DNA of 64,000 nt from Alphaproteobacteria bacterium (GTDB lineage: Bacteria > Pseudomonadota > Alphaproteobacteria > Bin65), in the NCBI GenBank assembly GCA_963665695.1, contig OY762427.1, forward strand, positions 627,268 through 691,267, read 5' to 3'. Shown piece by piece: positions 1 to 8,874 of this stretch (positions are counted from its first letter, which is position 1; every line of letters starts with the position of its first letter). The notes under the pieces were generated by a model. That model saw only the letters and a program-made list of their open reading frames with translations. It did no database searches and was not told the origin of the DNA. The position numbers and the translations under genes are program-made.

Positions 1-64
1 TAAGTGTAGAATCGCTGAAACGGCGGCGTACGCACGCCGCGCCGAGACGAGGACACCGACACCC

Positions 65-1033
65 ATGTTCGTTCATCGCCGCCGGGGATGGGAAATCCCC
101 GGGAACCGGGCCACGCCCGAGAGCATCTTCCTGCAGCGCCGCGCCCTGGCGAAGACGCTCGCCGCCGGGCCGATCCTGGCCGCCGCCGGGCCGCTGCTCG
201 GCGCCGGCCGCGCCCTTGCCGCCTCCGATCCGAGCGCCGGCCTCTATCCGGTCGAGCGCAACCCGAAATACACGGTGGACCGGGCGCTGACGCCGGAGCG
301 GATCGCCACGACCTACAACAATTTCTACGAGTTCGGCTCCCACAAGCAGATCTCCCGGGCGGCGCAGCGGCTGGAGACCCGGCCGTGGACCGTCGAGATC
401 GGCGGCATGGTCGAAAAGCCGATGACGATCGATATCGACGCCCTGCTGAAGAAGATGCCGCTGGAAGAGCGGATCTACGCCCACCGCTGCGTCGAGGCCT
501 GGTCGATGGTCGTGCCCTGGTCCGGCTTCCCGCTCAAGGCGCTGGTCGATTTCGCCCGGCCGCTGGGCAGCGCGAAATATCTCGTCATGCAGACCTTCAA
601 GAACCCGAAGGTCGCGCCGGGCCAGCGCCAGGTCTGGTATCCCTGGCCCTACACCGAGGGGCTGACGATGTTCGAGGCGGTCAACGAACTGGCCTTCATG
701 GCGACCGGCCTCTACGGCAAGCCCCTGCCGAAGCAGAACGGCGCGCCGCTGCGCCTCGCGGCGCCGTGGAAGTACGGCTTCAAGCACGTCAAGTCGATCG
801 TGCGCTTCGAGTTCGCCGGCAAGCGCCCGGTCAGCTTCTGGGAGAAGCTGCAGGCCCGGGAGTACGGCTTCTGGGCCAACGTCAACCCGGAGGTCCCGCA
901 CCCGCGCTGGAGCCAGGCGACCGAGCGCGATATCGGCACCGGAGAGCGCATCCCCACCAAGCCCTGGAACGGCTATGGCGATTATGTCGCCGCGATGTAC
1001 GCCAACCTGAAGGGCGAGGTGCTGTTCCGGTAG
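65..1033 (+). CDS. msrP: Protein-methionine-sulfoxide reductase catalytic subunit MsrP (YedY), molybdopterin oxidoreductase with Tat signal
   Basis: 322-aa ORF with an N-terminal twin-arginine motif (RRALAKTLAAGPILAAAG). Conserved YedY/sulfite-oxidase-fold blocks are present (YNNFYEFG, RCVEAWSM, NGAPLRL). Confidence 0.85.
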   Translation: MFVHRRRGWEIPGNRATPESIFLQRRALAKTLAAGPILAAAGPLLGAGRALAASDPSAGLYPVERNPKYTVDRALTPERIATTYNNFYEFGSHKQISRAAQRLETRPWTVEIGGMVEKPMTIDIDALLKKMPLEERIYAHRCVEAWSMVVPWSGFPLKALVDFARPLGSAKYLVMQTFKNPKVAPGQRQVWYPWPYTEGLTMFEAVNELAFMATGLYGKPLPKQNGAPLRLAAPWKYGFKHVKSIVRFEFAGKRPVSFWEKLQAREYGFWANVNPEVPHPRWSQATERDIGTGERIPTKPWNGYGDYVAAMYANLKGEVLFR

Positions 1034-1035
1034 GG

Positions 1036-1809
1036 ATGCGCTGCGCCGCACGCTGCCTGGCCGTTCTCGCCGGCCTGCTGCCGGCGGCGCCGCCCGCGTC
1101 TGCGATCGCCGAAGACGTCGATCTCGAGCTCGTTCTCGCCGTCGATATTTCCGGCAGCGTCGATCGTGTCGAGGCCCGGCTCCAGCGGCAGGGCTATCTG
1201 AAGGCGCTGGTCGATCCGCAGGTCGTCCGGGCCGTCACCGGCGGCGAGCGGCGCAGGGTCGCCGTTACCTACATGGAGTGGGCCGGCGCGCATTTTCAGA
1301 ACGTCGTCGCCGACTGGACGGTGGTGCGCGACATGGCGACGGCCAAGGCCTTTGCCGCAACGGTCGCCGAATACCCGGTATCGACCGAGCGCTGGACCTC
1401 GATCAGCACCGCCATCGACTACGCGCTCGGCCTGTTCCGGGCCAACCCCCATCGCGGCGCGCGCAAGGTGCTCGACCTTTCGGGCGACGGCCGGAACAAC
1501 AACGGCGGCCCGCTGGCGCCGGCGCGCGCCCGGGCCCTCGCGGCCGGCGTGACGATCAACGGCCTGCCGATCGTCAACGACCGGCCCAACCCGTGGGGCC
1601 TGCCGCCGCCGAAGGACCTCGACCGCTACTATTTCGAGCGGGTGATCGGCGGACCCGGCGCCTTCATCGTCGTGGCGCGCGGCTTCCGCAGCTTCGGCGA
1701 CGCTGTGAAAGCGAAGCTGGTCATGGAGATCGCCGGCCCGGCCCGCCCGCCACCGGTTCTTGCCCAACGCAGCCGTTCCCAACCCGGCTTTGCCCGGCGC
1801 CTGCCTTGA
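1036..1809 (+). CDS. DUF1194 / vWA-like secreted protein
   Basis: ATG at 1036 lies inside the listed 88..1809 frame. Signal-peptide-like N-terminus (MRCAARCLAVLAGLLPAAPPASA) and a DLELVLAVDISGSVD block typical of DUF1194 / vWA MIDAS-like proteins. It starts 2 nt after the msrP stop. Confidence 0.65.
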   Translation: MRCAARCLAVLAGLLPAAPPASAIAEDVDLELVLAVDISGSVDRVEARLQRQGYLKALVDPQVVRAVTGGERRRVAVTYMEWAGAHFQNVVADWTVVRDMATAKAFAATVAEYPVSTERWTSISTAIDYALGLFRANPHRGARKVLDLSGDGRNNNGGPLAPARARALAAGVTINGLPIVNDRPNPWGLPPPKDLDRYYFERVIGGPGAFIVVARGFRSFGDAVKAKLVMEIAGPARPPPVLAQRSRSQPGFARRLP

Positions 1810-1918
1810 CCGCGCCGCCATCCGGCGACGGAATCGGCCGGGCGCGGCGTACCGGGATCAGAGGGCCGTCGACGCCCCGGTTCGACCGCCCGGACCAGAC
1901 ACGGGAGACCGCTTCGCC

Positions 1919-2563
1919 ATGAGATCCCTTCCCCTCCTGCTCGCCGCCGGGCTGATCGGCCTGACCGCAACCGCAGCCCCCGCCGACGCCCATCGCGGGC
2001 TGCGCCTGTTCGACCGGGCCGACGCCGACAAGGACGGCAAGGTCACCGCCGCCGAATTTGCCGCCGCGCGCAACGCCCGGTTCGCCCAAATCGACGCCGA
2101 CAAGGACGGCGCGCTCGAGGTATCCGAACTTCGCGCGTGGCGGCGGGCCTGGCCGGCGCGCTTCCGCGACGCCCGCTTCAAGGCGCTCGACGGCGACGGC
2201 GACGGCAGGCTCGGCGTCGAGGAATATACCGCCCGGCGCAAGGCGGCCTTCGAACGGATCGACGCCGACAAGGACGGCGCGGTCGACAAGGCGGAGTTCG
2301 ACGCCGCTTTCGAGAAGATCCGCGAACGCATGCTGGCCTATTACGGCCGCGGCGACCGCCGCCATCGCTGGCGCGACGGCAAACGCCGCACGATGCACCG
2401 CCGCCCGGACCTGAACGGCGACGGCAAGGTGACCCGCGCGGAATTCGACGCGCTGGGCAGCCTGATCTTCCTGCGCCTGGACGGCGACGGCGACGGCGCC
2501 GTTACCCGGAAGGAGATGCGGACGGCGCGACGGCATTTCGACCGCGGCGACCGCGATCGCTAG
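1919..2563 (+). CDS. Secreted EF-hand calcium-binding protein with six canonical EF loops
   Basis: Signal peptide (MRSLPLLLAAGLIGLTATAAPADA). Six DxDxDG loops: DADKDGKVT, DADKDGALE, DGDGDGRLG, DADKDGAVD, DLNGDGKVT, DGDGDGAVT. ATG at 1919 is inside the 1760..2563 frame. Confidence 0.8.
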   Translation: MRSLPLLLAAGLIGLTATAAPADAHRGLRLFDRADADKDGKVTAAEFAAARNARFAQIDADKDGALEVSELRAWRRAWPARFRDARFKALDGDGDGRLGVEEYTARRKAAFERIDADKDGAVDKAEFDAAFEKIRERMLAYYGRGDRRHRWRDGKRRTMHRRPDLNGDGKVTRAEFDALGSLIFLRLDGDGDGAVTRKEMRTARRHFDRGDRDR

Positions 2564-2731
2564 GCGGCGCAGCGCCGGCGGCGCCCGGGGGAAAGCGGGA
2601 GGCGCAGGGTTGCCGGATGCGGCAATCTGACTTAGTTCAGCTTGCGAGGGCCGGCACTGCATTCGACGGCGCCGATCCGCGAAAGCCCGCCGGTCCAACG
2701 TCGGGCGCACCTTCAAACCGGGAGGAGAGAC

Positions 2732-3370
2732 ATGAAAATCCGTACAGACTTTTTCGCCTTCATCACGGTGGCCGCCGCGGCGCTGGTCGGCGCCCCGGCC
2801 GCCCAGGCTGTTGAGATCGACGCAAAAAAACTGATCGGCCACGCCTACTTAAAAAAGGCTGGCGCTGTGAAGAACAAGAAATTGAGTTTCGCCCAATTCC
2901 AAGACTATAACCGGTTGATTTTCTATGTTCATGACCGTAACGGGGACGGAGTCCTTGATCTATCGGAGATGCCGAGCGACTTGCTGGGACCCACGTCTCT
3001 AAAAGCCACGCTTATGGGTTCTTATGACGTACCATGGGTTATGCGCGTGCTGCGTTCGATGCCGTACCGGGAATATACCAACTTTATGACCGGAAAATCT
3101 TGCTCCCTTAAAGAAATTGCAGTCGAGAATTTTCTTATCGGCCCTTACGGAGTATGGCCCAAGTTAGAGGACTGGAAAAAAGAGCAGTTTCGGCGTGAAA
3201 AAGCCGCCCTTCTCCAGCTTCTCGATGCCAAAAAAGACTTCAAAGTGCCCGAAAAGGAATTTCATCTCGTTATGAACCTGGCGTTCCACCAGTTCGATAA
3301 AAACAAGAACGGAGTGCTCGAAAGCGACGAGCTTCCGCATGTTTCCGGTATGTTTGCCCTCGGCGGCTGA
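2732..3370 (+). CDS. Secreted EF-hand-like protein with atypically low GC
   Basis: ATG at 2732 is preceded by GGAGGAGAGA. Signal peptide (AAAALVGAPAAQA). Two EF-type loops (DRNGDGVLDLSE, DKNKNGVLESDE). The mature-domain DNA is visibly AT-richer (~47% GC) than the flanks (~68%). Confidence 0.7.
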   Translation: MKIRTDFFAFITVAAAALVGAPAAQAVEIDAKKLIGHAYLKKAGAVKNKKLSFAQFQDYNRLIFYVHDRNGDGVLDLSEMPSDLLGPTSLKATLMGSYDVPWVMRVLRSMPYREYTNFMTGKSCSLKEIAVENFLIGPYGVWPKLEDWKKEQFRREKAALLQLLDAKKDFKVPEKEFHLVMNLAFHQFDKNKNGVLESDELPHVSGMFALGG

Positions 3371-3387
3371 GGACTCCGGGAACCGGC

Positions 3388-4053
3388 GTGCGTGCCACCG
3401 CCCTGTCCGCAGCGCCCTTCGCCCCGGCGCAGGAGCCTCCGTCCCGGATGACGCCGTCCGGGACGCCTGCGCGGCCGGCGGCCGACAAGGCGGCCATTGC
3501 CGCCGATGCGGCGCTGATGGGCCGTGTCGTTGCGGGCGATCCGGCCGCCCACCGCGCGGTCGTGGACCGGCATCTGCCCGGCCTCGTCGCCTTCGCCTGG
3601 CGCCTGGCCGGCGACCGGGCGACCGCCGAGGACGTCGCCCAGGACGCCATGCTGAAACTGTGGCGCCAGGCGCCGCGCTGGAAGCCGAAGTCGCAGATCG
3701 GGACGTGGCTGCGCCGGGTCGCCTACAACCGGTGCATCGACCTGCACCGCCGGGCGCGGCCGGGCGAGGACATCGCCGGCCTGGACCTGGAGGACCCGGC
3801 CTCCGGCCCGGAGCGCACCCTGCTGGCCCAGGAAGTGTCGGCCATCGTCCGCCGGGCCCTGGCGGCGCTGCCCGACCGGCAGCGCGCGGCCATCGCCATG
3901 GTCCATTTCGACGGGATGAGCAACGGCGAGACCGCGGCGGCCCTCGAAGTCAGCGTCGAAGCGGTGGAATCGCTGCTGGCGCGCGGACGGCGGACGCTGC
4001 GCCAGCGCCTGACGGCCCTGAAACCGGACCTGCTCGAGGAGTTCGTATCGTGA
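3388..4053 (+). CDS. ECF (sigma-70 family) RNA polymerase sigma factor
   Basis: Region-2 and region-4 like blocks: AEDVAQDAMLKLW and a C-terminal HTH (LPDRQRAAIAMVHFDGMSNGETAAALEVSVEAVESLLARGR). The start may instead be the ATG at 3448. Confidence 0.8.
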   Translation: MRATALSAAPFAPAQEPPSRMTPSGTPARPAADKAAIAADAALMGRVVAGDPAAHRAVVDRHLPGLVAFAWRLAGDRATAEDVAQDAMLKLWRQAPRWKPKSQIGTWLRRVAYNRCIDLHRRARPGEDIAGLDLEDPASGPERTLLAQEVSAIVRRALAALPDRQRAAIAMVHFDGMSNGETAAALEVSVEAVESLLARGRRTLRQRLTALKPDLLEEFVS

Positions 4054-4063
4054 GGACCGCGCC

Positions 4064-4570
4064 ATGACTGCAAACGGGACCGCAAACGGGACCGAACCGG
4101 GCAGGGAAGCGGCCGTCCGGGCCCTTGAAGACCTGCTCGGCGCCTACGGCGCCGATCCGGCGCGCTGGCCGGCCGGAGACCCGCGCCGCGCCGCCGCCTG
4201 GGCGCTCATCGACTCCGGCGACGCGGCGGCGCTGCAATCCCTGGCCGCCGCCCGCGCCCTGGACCGGGCGCTGGACAGCACGGTTCCGCCCGCGCCCTCC
4301 GCCGCGCTGGCCGGGTCGGTTCTCCAGGCGGCGCGGCGGACCCGGCCGGGGTTGTCCGGCTGGGCCGGCCCGATCTGGAATCCCGCCTTCTTCAAACCGG
4401 CGGGCGCCTTGGCCTGCGCCATGCTCCTGGGGATCGCGGTCGGCATGTGGTCGCCGGCGCCGGTCTTCGTCTGGAGCGCGCAGGCGGACGGCCTGGAAAC
4501 CGAACTGGCGTCCCTCGGCGCGCTAGACGGCAACGGCGACGATAACGGCTTCGAGGATTTCGCCGAGTGA
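4064..4570 (+). CDS. Anti-sigma factor (single-pass membrane protein)
   Basis: ATG follows GAGGA 11 nt after the sigma-factor stop. One predicted TM segment (ALACAMLLGIAVGMW). Position immediately 3' of the ECF sigma gene. Confidence 0.55.
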   Translation: MTANGTANGTEPGREAAVRALEDLLGAYGADPARWPAGDPRRAAAWALIDSGDAAALQSLAAARALDRALDSTVPPAPSAALAGSVLQAARRTRPGLSGWAGPIWNPAFFKPAGALACAMLLGIAVGMWSPAPVFVWSAQADGLETELASLGALDGNGDDNGFEDFAE

Positions 4571-5061
4571 CGCGCCGCACGCTCATCGTTCTGCTGATCG
4601 TTTCCGGCGCGCTGAACCTGTTCCTCGTCGGGATCGTCGCGGCCAGCGTCATCGTTCATTGGGGCGGGCCGGAAACCGCGCGCGGCCCCGGCCCGCGCAC
4701 GGCCTTCCGCCTGTACCGCGCGGTCGACGGCCTCGACGAACCGGAGCGGGCGCGCGCCCGCGCCCTGCTGGAAGAGAAGCATCCGCAGATCCGCGCCAGG
4801 ATCCAGGCCATCCGCGCCGCGCGGCGGGACCTCAGGCGCCGCATCCGCGACGGCGCCGTATCGCCCGAAACGGTCGAGTCCGGCTTCCGCAGCCTGCAAC
4901 GGGCCCGCGGCGAAGCCCAGGCGGCCCTGCATGCCCTGGTCCGGCAGATCGCCGAGTCCCTGACGCCCGACCGGCGCCAGCGCTTCTACAGCCAGGCCTA
5001 CCGGCCGCGCGGCAAGAAACACAAGCGGCGCAAGGGCGACAGGGGCGAAAGGCGCGAGTAA
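4567..5061 (+). CDS. CpxP/Spy/ZraP-like periplasmic protein (LTxxQ family), membrane-anchored
   Basis: ATGA overlap with the anti-sigma stop. N-terminal TM helix. LTPDRRQRF (LTxxQ-type) motif. Basic C-terminal tail. Confidence 0.55.
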   Translation: MTRRTLIVLLIVSGALNLFLVGIVAASVIVHWGGPETARGPGPRTAFRLYRAVDGLDEPERARARALLEEKHPQIRARIQAIRAARRDLRRRIRDGAVSPETVESGFRSLQRARGEAQAALHALVRQIAESLTPDRRQRFYSQAYRPRGKKHKRRKGDRGERRE

Positions 5062-5075
5062 GGCCGGCGCCCGCC

Positions 5076-6098
5076 CTACGCCGCCGCCAGGGCGTTGAAG
5101 GCGGCGAGCGAACCCTCGATCGCGGCGCGGTCCATATCCTGCACGATGAAGACGATGCGCGAGCGGCGGTCGCCGTCGGGCCAGCCGCTCATGTGGGTCG
5201 GCGGATGGACGACATGCTGGACGCCGTTGATCAGCACCGGATCGGCGACGCCGGCGACGTTCAGCATGCCCTTGACGCGCAGGACGCGCTCGCCGTGGCG
5301 GTTCAGCAGCATGCTCATCCACAGGCCGAACGCGGTCCAGTCCATCGGCCCGTCGAACCGCAGGCAGAAGGAGCCGACCCCGTGGCTGTGGTCGTGGGTA
5401 TGGTCGGGGCCCTCGCCGGACGCCCCGGCGAAACCGTCCAGCCAGCCGGCGACCTCGCGCCGCTTGCCGCCGGGCGCGTAAAGGCCGCCGGTCAGCAGGG
5501 CGTCGGGATCGAGCGGTTCGGCGTCGAGGTCGAGGACCGGCGCGGCGGCGTTGATGTTGCGCACCGCGGCGCGGGCGGCCCGGCCGCCGTCGTCCGCCAT
5601 CGCCGATTTGGTCAGCACGAAGCGGTCGGCGATCGCCGCCTGCTTGACCGATTCGGGATGGCGCTGCAACTGCGCCGCCCCGTTCACCGCGTCGACCGCG
5701 GTGACGACGCCGCCGAGCCGGAAATGATGCTGAAGCACCGGCTCGGCGAGGATCGTATAGGCGATGGGCGTCGGGTCGGCGAGGCCGGACGTCTCGATCG
5801 CGATCCGCCGGAAGGCCGGGATCTCGCCGCGCTCGCGCCGGGAGAACAGGCCCCTCAGCGCGCCCTGCAAGTCGCCGCGGATGGCGCAGCACAGGCAGCC
5901 GCCGGCCATCGGGAGCACACTTTCTTCGGCATGTTCGATCAGGTGATGGTCGAGTCCGACCTCGCCGAACTCGTTGATGAGGACGGCGGTATCGCGCAGG
6001 GCGGGCGATTTGAGCAGCCGGGCCAGCAGGGTCGTCTTGCCGCTGCCGAGGAAACCGGTGACGATGTCGACCGGGATCAGCGTGTCGTAGACAGTCAT
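5076..6098 (-). CDS. COG0523 family GTPase (CobW/ZigA/YeiR-like metallochaperone)
   Basis: P-loop GFLGSGKTT, the GGCLCC CxCC metal motif, a His-rich stretch (HTHDHSHG) and a CobW C-terminal-like domain. Confidence 0.85.
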   Translation of the reverse strand: MTVYDTLIPVDIVTGFLGSGKTTLLARLLKSPALRDTAVLINEFGEVGLDHHLIEHAEESVLPMAGGCLCCAIRGDLQGALRGLFSRRERGEIPAFRRIAIETSGLADPTPIAYTILAEPVLQHHFRLGGVVTAVDAVNGAAQLQRHPESVKQAAIADRFVLTKSAMADDGGRAARAAVRNINAAAPVLDLDAEPLDPDALLTGGLYAPGGKRREVAGWLDGFAGASGEGPDHTHDHSHGVGSFCLRFDGPMDWTAFGLWMSMLLNRHGERVLRVKGMLNVAGVADPVLINGVQHVVHPPTHMSGWPDGDRRSRIVFIVQDMDRAAIEGSLAAFNALAAA

Positions 6099-6123
6099 GG
6101 CGGCCGTCGCCGCGCCCGGACCG

Positions 6124-6444
6124 TCATGCCGGCAGGCCGCCGAGCAGCCGCGGATCGAGCGGATCGCACTCCTTGCCGGTCAGGGCCTCGGCCGCGATCC
6201 AGACTTCGGCGATGTTGCCGACGATCTTCGAGCGGCCGGTGCGGGTCGAGAGCACATAGGAGCCGCCGCTGAAATCCGCGAGCTTCAGGCCGTAATGGCC
6301 GAGGATACGGTTGGCGAGGCGGATGCGCTCCTGGCGCTCGCGCCGCCGCGTGACCTCCTCCTGCCGGCTGGCGAAGGCCTCGGGCGAAGAGCTGCTCTCG
6401 GTCCAGTGGCCGCGCCCGCCGAGCACGCCGCACAGGCTGCACAT
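6124..6444 (-). CDS. Small Cys-containing hypothetical protein
   Basis: 106-aa ORF between the deacetylase and COG0523 genes, same strand. N-terminal CSLCG and a C-terminal Cys. No family recognised. Confidence 0.4.
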   Translation of the reverse strand: MCSLCGVLGGRGHWTESSSSPEAFASRQEEVTRRRERQERIRLANRILGHYGLKLADFSGGSYVLSTRTGRSKIVGNIAEVWIAAEALTGKECDPLDPRLLGGLPA

Positions 6445-6487
6445 GGCCGGCCTGCCCGTGGGGGGCCGCCCCGGCGCCGCCGCCCGG

Positions 6488-7582
6488 TCAGGCGAGCACC
6501 GATTCCGGCCGCGCCGCGCCTTCGCGCGGATAACGCTGGATGAAATCGTCGGCGATCTCGTCGAAGGTGCACCAGCGCACGCCGGGATGCCGGTCGATAT
6601 ACTCGAACACCCGCTCCAGCATGAGCAGGACCTGCGGCCGGCCCGAGACGTCCGGGTGGATGGTCAGCGTGTAGACCGCGTAGTCGTATTCCCGGTAGAC
6701 CCAGTCGAACTGCTGGAGCCACAGGTCCTCGATATCGCGTGGGTTGACGAAGCCGAAGCTGTTCGGCGCCGACTTGATGAACATCATCGGCGGCAGGTCG
6801 TCGAGATACCAGCTGCCCGGAATGTCGACCAGGTCGGTCTCGACGCCGCGCACCAGCGGCTTCATCCATTCCTCCGCCTTCTTCGAATAGTCGATCTTGG
6901 TCCAGTTGTCGCCGACCCGGGCGTAGAAGGGGTGGAAGTCGTTGTTCATCAGGCTGTGGTCGTACTTGATGCCCTTCTTCAGCAGCAGCTCGTTGGTGAT
7001 CGGGCTGAACTCCCACCAGGGCGCGACATAGCCGGTCGGCCGGCGGCCGGAGAGCCGCTCGATCAGCTCGATGCACTTGTCCATGACCGCCTCTTCCTGC
7101 TCCGGGGTCATGGAGATGGGATTCTCGTGGGAATAGCCGTGCATGCCGATCTCGTGGCCGGCGTCCACCACCATTTTCATCTGTTTCGGGAAGGTCTCGA
7201 TCGAATGGCCGGGGATGAACCAGGAGGTCCGGATGCCGAACTTGTCGAACAGCCGGACCATGCGCGGCGAACCGATTTCGCCGGAGAACAGGCCGCGCGA
7301 GATGTCGCAGGGCGAATCCTCGCCGCCGTAAGAGCCGAGCCAGCCGGCGACCGCATCGACGTCGACGCCGATGGCGCACAATATGTCCTTCTTGCCGCCG
7401 CCCGAGGCCGCCGAGGCCGGCGCGGGGCGGTTGGGCGCAGCCAGCGGCGCGCCCCCGCCGGGCGCCCGGCCGTCCCGGTCTATCAGGGAGCGCGGCCGGT
7501 AGCGCGGCCCGATGCCGCCGGAAGCGCGGGCGCCCCGCATCGAATCGTGGTTCCTGTCGTCGCTCATGTCGTCCTCGTCCAT
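6488..7582 (-). CDS. Polysaccharide deacetylase (NodB-fold) family protein, PuuE/allantoinase-like
   Basis: NodB-type motifs ([25 protein letters not shown]). Low-complexity N-terminus. The real start may be the ATG at 7567, which has GAGGA 5 nt upstream. Confidence 0.75.
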   Translation of the reverse strand: MDEDDMSDDRNHDSMRGARASGGIGPRYRPRSLIDRDGRAPGGGAPLAAPNRPAPASAASGGGKKDILCAIGVDVDAVAGWLGSYGGEDSPCDISRGLFSGEIGSPRMVRLFDKFGIRTSWFIPGHSIETFPKQMKMVVDAGHEIGMHGYSHENPISMTPEQEEAVMDKCIELIERLSGRRPTGYVAPWWEFSPITNELLLKKGIKYDHSLMNNDFHPFYARVGDNWTKIDYSKKAEEWMKPLVRGVETDLVDIPGSWYLDDLPPMMFIKSAPNSFGFVNPRDIEDLWLQQFDWVYREYDYAVYTLTIHPDVSGRPQVLLMLERVFEYIDRHPGVRWCTFDEIADDFIQRYPREGAARPESVLA

Positions 7583-7709
7583 CGGGGTTCGCCGTCGACG
7601 GAAGAGTGTCGATTTTTGTCCGCAAGCGCAATGGGGGGATGCGCGGGCGGGCGCAGGTTCGCCGGGCGGCCGGTCCTTCTCGCTTCGAATCCGGGGCGCC
7701 GTCCGCCGC

Positions 7710-8828
7710 TCACCGCGCCAGCAGCGCGGCCAGCCCGGCTTCCTCCGCCGCGGCGATGGCGCGATCCTGGTGGGGCTGGAGAGCCTGCCAGGGGTTGCCG
7801 GCCAGCGCCGGCAGGAACGGATCGGTCACGTCTGTCGTCTCGCCGGTCAGCGCCTCGAACACGGCAAGCGCCATGAAGGGCACGATATGGGGCGCATAGC
7901 CGCCCTCGTGCAGCATGACGATCCGCCCGCCGCACAGGTCGTCCGCCGCCGCCATCAGCAGTTCGGTCATCCGGCGGAAGCTCCCGCTGGTCAGCATCAT
8001 GCGGGCGAGCGGATCGTGGCCGCCGGAATCGAAGCCGCTGGGCACGAAGATCATGTCCGGCCGGAAGGCGGTGAGCGCCGGCAGCACGACGCGCTCGAAC
8101 GCCGCCAGATAGGCGCCCTCGCCGGAGCCGGGCGGCAGGGGAATGTTGATATTGGTCCCGGCGCCTTCGCCTTCGCCGGTTTCTCCGGCCGCGCCGCTGT
8201 CCGGCGGGAAGGCGCAGTCCTGGTGCAGCGAGATCGTGAGCGCGCGCGGATCGGCCCGGAAGGCCGCCTGGGTGCCGTTGCCGTGATGGGCGTCCCAGTC
8301 GACGAAGGCGATGCGCTCCGGCCCGGCGGCGTCCAGCGCATACATGCCGGCGATGGCCGCGTTGGCGTAGATGCAGAAGCCCATGGCCTCGTCGGGCTCG
8401 GCGTGATGGCCGGGCGGCCGGTGCAGGCAATAGGCGTTGTCGACCGCGCCGGCGAGCACGGCGTCGACCGCCGCGATGCCGGCGCCGGCGGCGAGGCGGG
8501 CGATCCCTTCCCCGTCCGCGCCGACCCGGGTGGTGGCGAAGCGCCGGGCGACGTTGCCGCCGCCCGCTTCGCTGACCCGTCGGACACGGTCCAGATGCGC
8601 CTGCGTATGGACGCGCAGCAGGTCGGCATCGCTCGCCGGCGCCGGTGCAATCGTGACCAGCGACCGGGAAAGCCCGCTCGCGTCCAGCAGGTTCTTGATC
8701 CGCCGCTTGCCCGGCGCGCTTTCCGGCGGCTCCATCGGCTCCATCCAGTCGAGCCCGCCGATCGGGCCGAAGCGGGCGCCGGTGTCGTGCCACATGAAGC
8801 GCTCGTCCCAGACCAGGCCGGTCGTCAT
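7710..8828 (-). CDS. Histone deacetylase-family Zn amidohydrolase (AcuC / acetylpolyamine amidohydrolase-like)
   Basis: HDAC signature blocks: [44 protein letters not shown]. Confidence 0.8.
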   Translation of the reverse strand: MTTGLVWDERFMWHDTGARFGPIGGLDWMEPMEPPESAPGKRRIKNLLDASGLSRSLVTIAPAPASDADLLRVHTQAHLDRVRRVSEAGGGNVARRFATTRVGADGEGIARLAAGAGIAAVDAVLAGAVDNAYCLHRPPGHHAEPDEAMGFCIYANAAIAGMYALDAAGPERIAFVDWDAHHGNGTQAAFRADPRALTISLHQDCAFPPDSGAAGETGEGEGAGTNINIPLPPGSGEGAYLAAFERVVLPALTAFRPDMIFVPSGFDSGGHDPLARMMLTSGSFRRMTELLMAAADDLCGGRIVMLHEGGYAPHIVPFMALAVFEALTGETTDVTDPFLPALAGNPWQALQPHQDRAIAAAEEAGLAALLAR

Positions 8829-8874
8829 GGCCGCCTCCCCTGCCTTCGGTTTCCTGCCGCCGCCGCGCCGCGCG

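Noticed and set aside
88-1809. 573-aa ORF running through msrP into the DUF1194 gene
   Set aside because: Out-of-frame shadow of msrP for its first 950 nt. Only the 3' part from ATG 1036 corresponds to a real protein.
4144-5892. 582-aa minus-strand ORF across the anti-sigma, CpxP-like and COG0523 region
   Set aside because: Antisense or out of frame relative to three supported genes. Pro/Arg/Gly-rich translation.
6285-8793. Multiple 400-520-aa ORFs in alternative frames over the deacetylase and HDAC genes (6285..7631 -, 6311..7876 +, 7512..9074 +, 7564..8793 -)
   Set aside because: Overlap the conserved-motif-bearing frames and are Arg/Gly/Pro-rich. High-GC frame shadows.
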